From the NCBI GenBank assembly GCA_002361625.1, contig DETL01000011.1, positions 39,407 to 103,406 of the forward strand: a DNA stretch of 64,000 nt, written 5' to 3'. The notes beneath the pieces are model-generated. The model saw only the letters and a program-made list of their open reading frames with translations, was not told the origin of the DNA and did not search any database. This stretch comes from Bacteroidales bacterium UBA3289 (lineage in GTDB: Bacteria; Bacteroidota; Bacteroidia; Bacteroidales; UBA932). Below, piece by piece: positions 61,987 to 64,000 of this stretch. Position 1 is the first letter of the stretch. Each line of letters opens with the position of its first letter. A program made the position numbers and the translations under genes.

Positions 61987-62838
61987 TCATTGTTCATCAG
62001 GTTTCGGGAAAGGCAGTTCTTCGGGAGATTGTATATTGTCGATGGCCTTTTCAGGTGAAACAACGCTATGTCCAAGCCTCTTTTCGACCTCCTTGCGAGC
62101 CGTTTTAGCAACCTCAGCGCCTTCTTTGGCCACGCCGGCGTTTTCTGACAATCCTTCCGGGTTGCGTTGTTTGCTGATTTCTGTTGCCGTCTCTTCCGCA
62201 AGAGCATTGAGCAGAAGCTCCATATTGGTCATGTTATCCCTCAGGTTTTCTTTCGTAAGGCCCTTGTACTTCTTGTACTCCTTCGTGGTAAGGCCACTCC
62301 AGGTTTTTGACATCAAGTCTGTAAGGAAGGCGAAATCCACCTCCTTGGTCACACCGCCACGCTTCCACTCGTCCGTGAGGCCTTTTCGGATTTCGATCGT
62401 TTTGATCCGTTGGTTAATCCAAGCTTCTGAATACCCAAGCCGACGATAATCCGCCACTGCCTGATCGATGCTGCGCTCGGGATCGATCATCTGATTGATC
62501 CTCTCTGCCGCGACCTTAGCCATCCAGCGTCTGAACGGCTCTGCTTTCTTGGAGGGGATAGATTGAATGATGCGGAACATTCCTTCCAGATTAGCGCAGC
62601 GCATTTTTTGCGGACCTCCTTCCGTCTTTATCGGGAGGAGGGGTACAATTTGTACCCACCCTTTAGCAAGTTCTGGGTCGCGCAGCTTCATTCTTTTGAC
62701 ATACTGCTTGGGATCGGTGCTTTCTGTGAGGATTTCGATAACATCCTCCAGAACAAAGTACCATTTGTCTTCGTCTTCTACCCAAACTGTCCGGACTCTC
62801 TTGTTCTCAAACAATTGTATTCTCTCTATATCAGACAT
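61987..62838 (-). CDS. Bro-N domain (antirepressor-like) DNA-binding protein
   Basis: RVRTVW..KWYF, FRIIQSIPSKKAEPFRRW, NLRDNMT..EL. Confidence 0.88.
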   Translation of the reverse strand: MSDIERIQLFENKRVRTVWVEDEDKWYFVLEDVIEILTESTDPKQYVKRMKLRDPELAKGWVQIVPLLPIKTEGGPQKMRCANLEGMFRIIQSIPSKKAEPFRRWMAKVAAERINQMIDPERSIDQAVADYRRLGYSEAWINQRIKTIEIRKGLTDEWKRGGVTKEVDFAFLTDLMSKTWSGLTTKEYKKYKGLTKENLRDNMTNMELLLNALAEETATEISKQRNPEGLSENAGVAKEGAEVAKTARKEVEKRLGHSVVSPEKAIDNIQSPEELPFPKPDEQ

Positions 62839-62974
62839 AATCTCAACGTTTTCCACAAAGTTAATTCAATTGCGCTGCGATTGCAAACTATTGCAAGGTC
62901 CTGCCCGCAGGATTTGCCGTATCGGCTGATAATAATTATATTTGTAGAAGAGGCATATTATTATTCGAATCACT

Positions 62975-64000
62975 ATGAAACAGACTCTTTATCGCATTGT
63001 GTCCCTGGCCATACTGTTGGTTATGGCTGCAGGCCTTTCCGTCAGCTGCGGACCTACCGAGCCTGATCCGGATCCGACACCGGCGACAGTAGCCGTTACC
63101 GGAGTATCCCTTGACAAGACCTCGCTCGACCTGCTTGAGGGTGGCACGGAGACGCTCACCGCGACCGTCTCTCCCGACAATGCGACCAACAAGAAAGTCA
63201 GCTGGAAGTCCTCCGACACTGCGGTGGCCACGGTGGACGACAACGGCAAGGTCACGGCAGTCAAGGCCGGATCCGCCACCATTACCGTCACGGCCGACGG
63301 CGGCAAGACTGCCACCTGCTCCGTGAAGGTCACCGAACAGGCGAAGATCGTGATTACCGGGAATACCGCAAAGGTCCCCGCCCGGGGTGGCACGGCAGAG
63401 TTCAAAATACAGTACAATACCTCCTACACCATCGAGATTGAGCAGTCGGCCCAGTCATGGCTCCACTTCGTGGAGACCAAAGCCATGCAGAGCGGCACGC
63501 TGATATTCAAGGTCGATGCAAACGAAGGCGAAGCACGTACCGGCAAGGCAACGGTGAAGGACAACGAGGGAAAAGTCGGGGCAATTACGTTGACGTTCGA
63601 GCAGGATCCGTTCATTGCCGTAACATCCATCCAAATCGCTCCTGAGACCGCCGAATTGGAGGTCGGGGAGACACTGGCTTTGAAGGCCACGGTGCTTCCG
63701 GACAATGCGACGGACAAGACGGTTATTTGGTCGAGCGACAACGAGGCGGTTGCGACTGTGTCAGAGGGCGGTCTCGTGACAACCCTGATGGAAGGAAAGG
63801 CCGTTATTACTGCCACTTCCGGAGAGAAGGGTGCAGCCTGCACAGTGACGGTAGCTCCTTCCGCCTATGAGAAGGAGCGCGCGGCACTGGAAGCGTTCTA
63901 TTATGCCAATGACGGAGATAATTGGGAAAAGAATACCAACTGGTGCTCCGACAAGCCACTCAGCGAGTGGTATGGCATAACATTGACTCCAGACAAGAAG
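62975..64000 (+). CDS. Surface lipoprotein with Big_2, BACON, Big_2 and LRR N-cap domains (runs off the window)
   Basis: Manual translation: VSC lipobox, [55 protein letters not shown]. Confidence 0.85.
   Translation, partial: MKQTLYRIVSLAILLVMAAGLSVSCGPTEPDPDPTPATVAVTGVSLDKTSLDLLEGGTETLTATVSPDNATNKKVSWKSSDTAVATVDDNGKVTAVKAGSATITVTADGGKTATCSVKVTEQAKIVITGNTAKVPARGGTAEFKIQYNTSYTIEIEQSAQSWLHFVETKAMQSGTLIFKVDANEGEARTGKATVKDNEGKVGAITLTFEQDPFIAVTSIQIAPETAELEVGETLALKATVLPDNATDKTVIWSSDNEAVATVSEGGLVTTLMEGKAVITATSGEKGAACTVTVAPSAYEKERAALEAFYYANDGDNWEKNTNWCSDKPLSEWYGITLTPDKK

Overview
A 64-kb Bacteroidales chromosomal window. The assignment is inferred from a SusC/SusD pair, repeated TAnnTTTG (-7) promoters and high-GC3 coding. 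Most of it is housekeeping: ispE, nrdDG, mdh, feoAB, apt, queH, guaB-guaA, ispF, mutL, tsaC, rsmE, radA, def. There are three accessory zones. (1) At the left edge, a large serine recombinase element (missing from the ORF track) has inserted into and truncated comM. (2) A tRNA-Gln/tRNA-Met locus is followed by a 3.3-kb island bounded by a 20-bp tRNA 3'-end repeat, an attP-like junction, and a 2036-bp unit (tyrosine integrase plus an orphan gene) enclosed by perfect 134-bp inverted repeats. (3) A Bro-N/RhuM tandem array in which each gene is preceded by the same 36-bp motif. A candidate iron/oxygen regulon also stands out: a hemerythrin-like protein, a pseudo-receiver LuxR regulator, an unannotated ~88-nt sRNA candidate, and shared 18-bp boxes that also sit at the feoAB promoter. 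All calls come from reading the sequence; no database searches were run.
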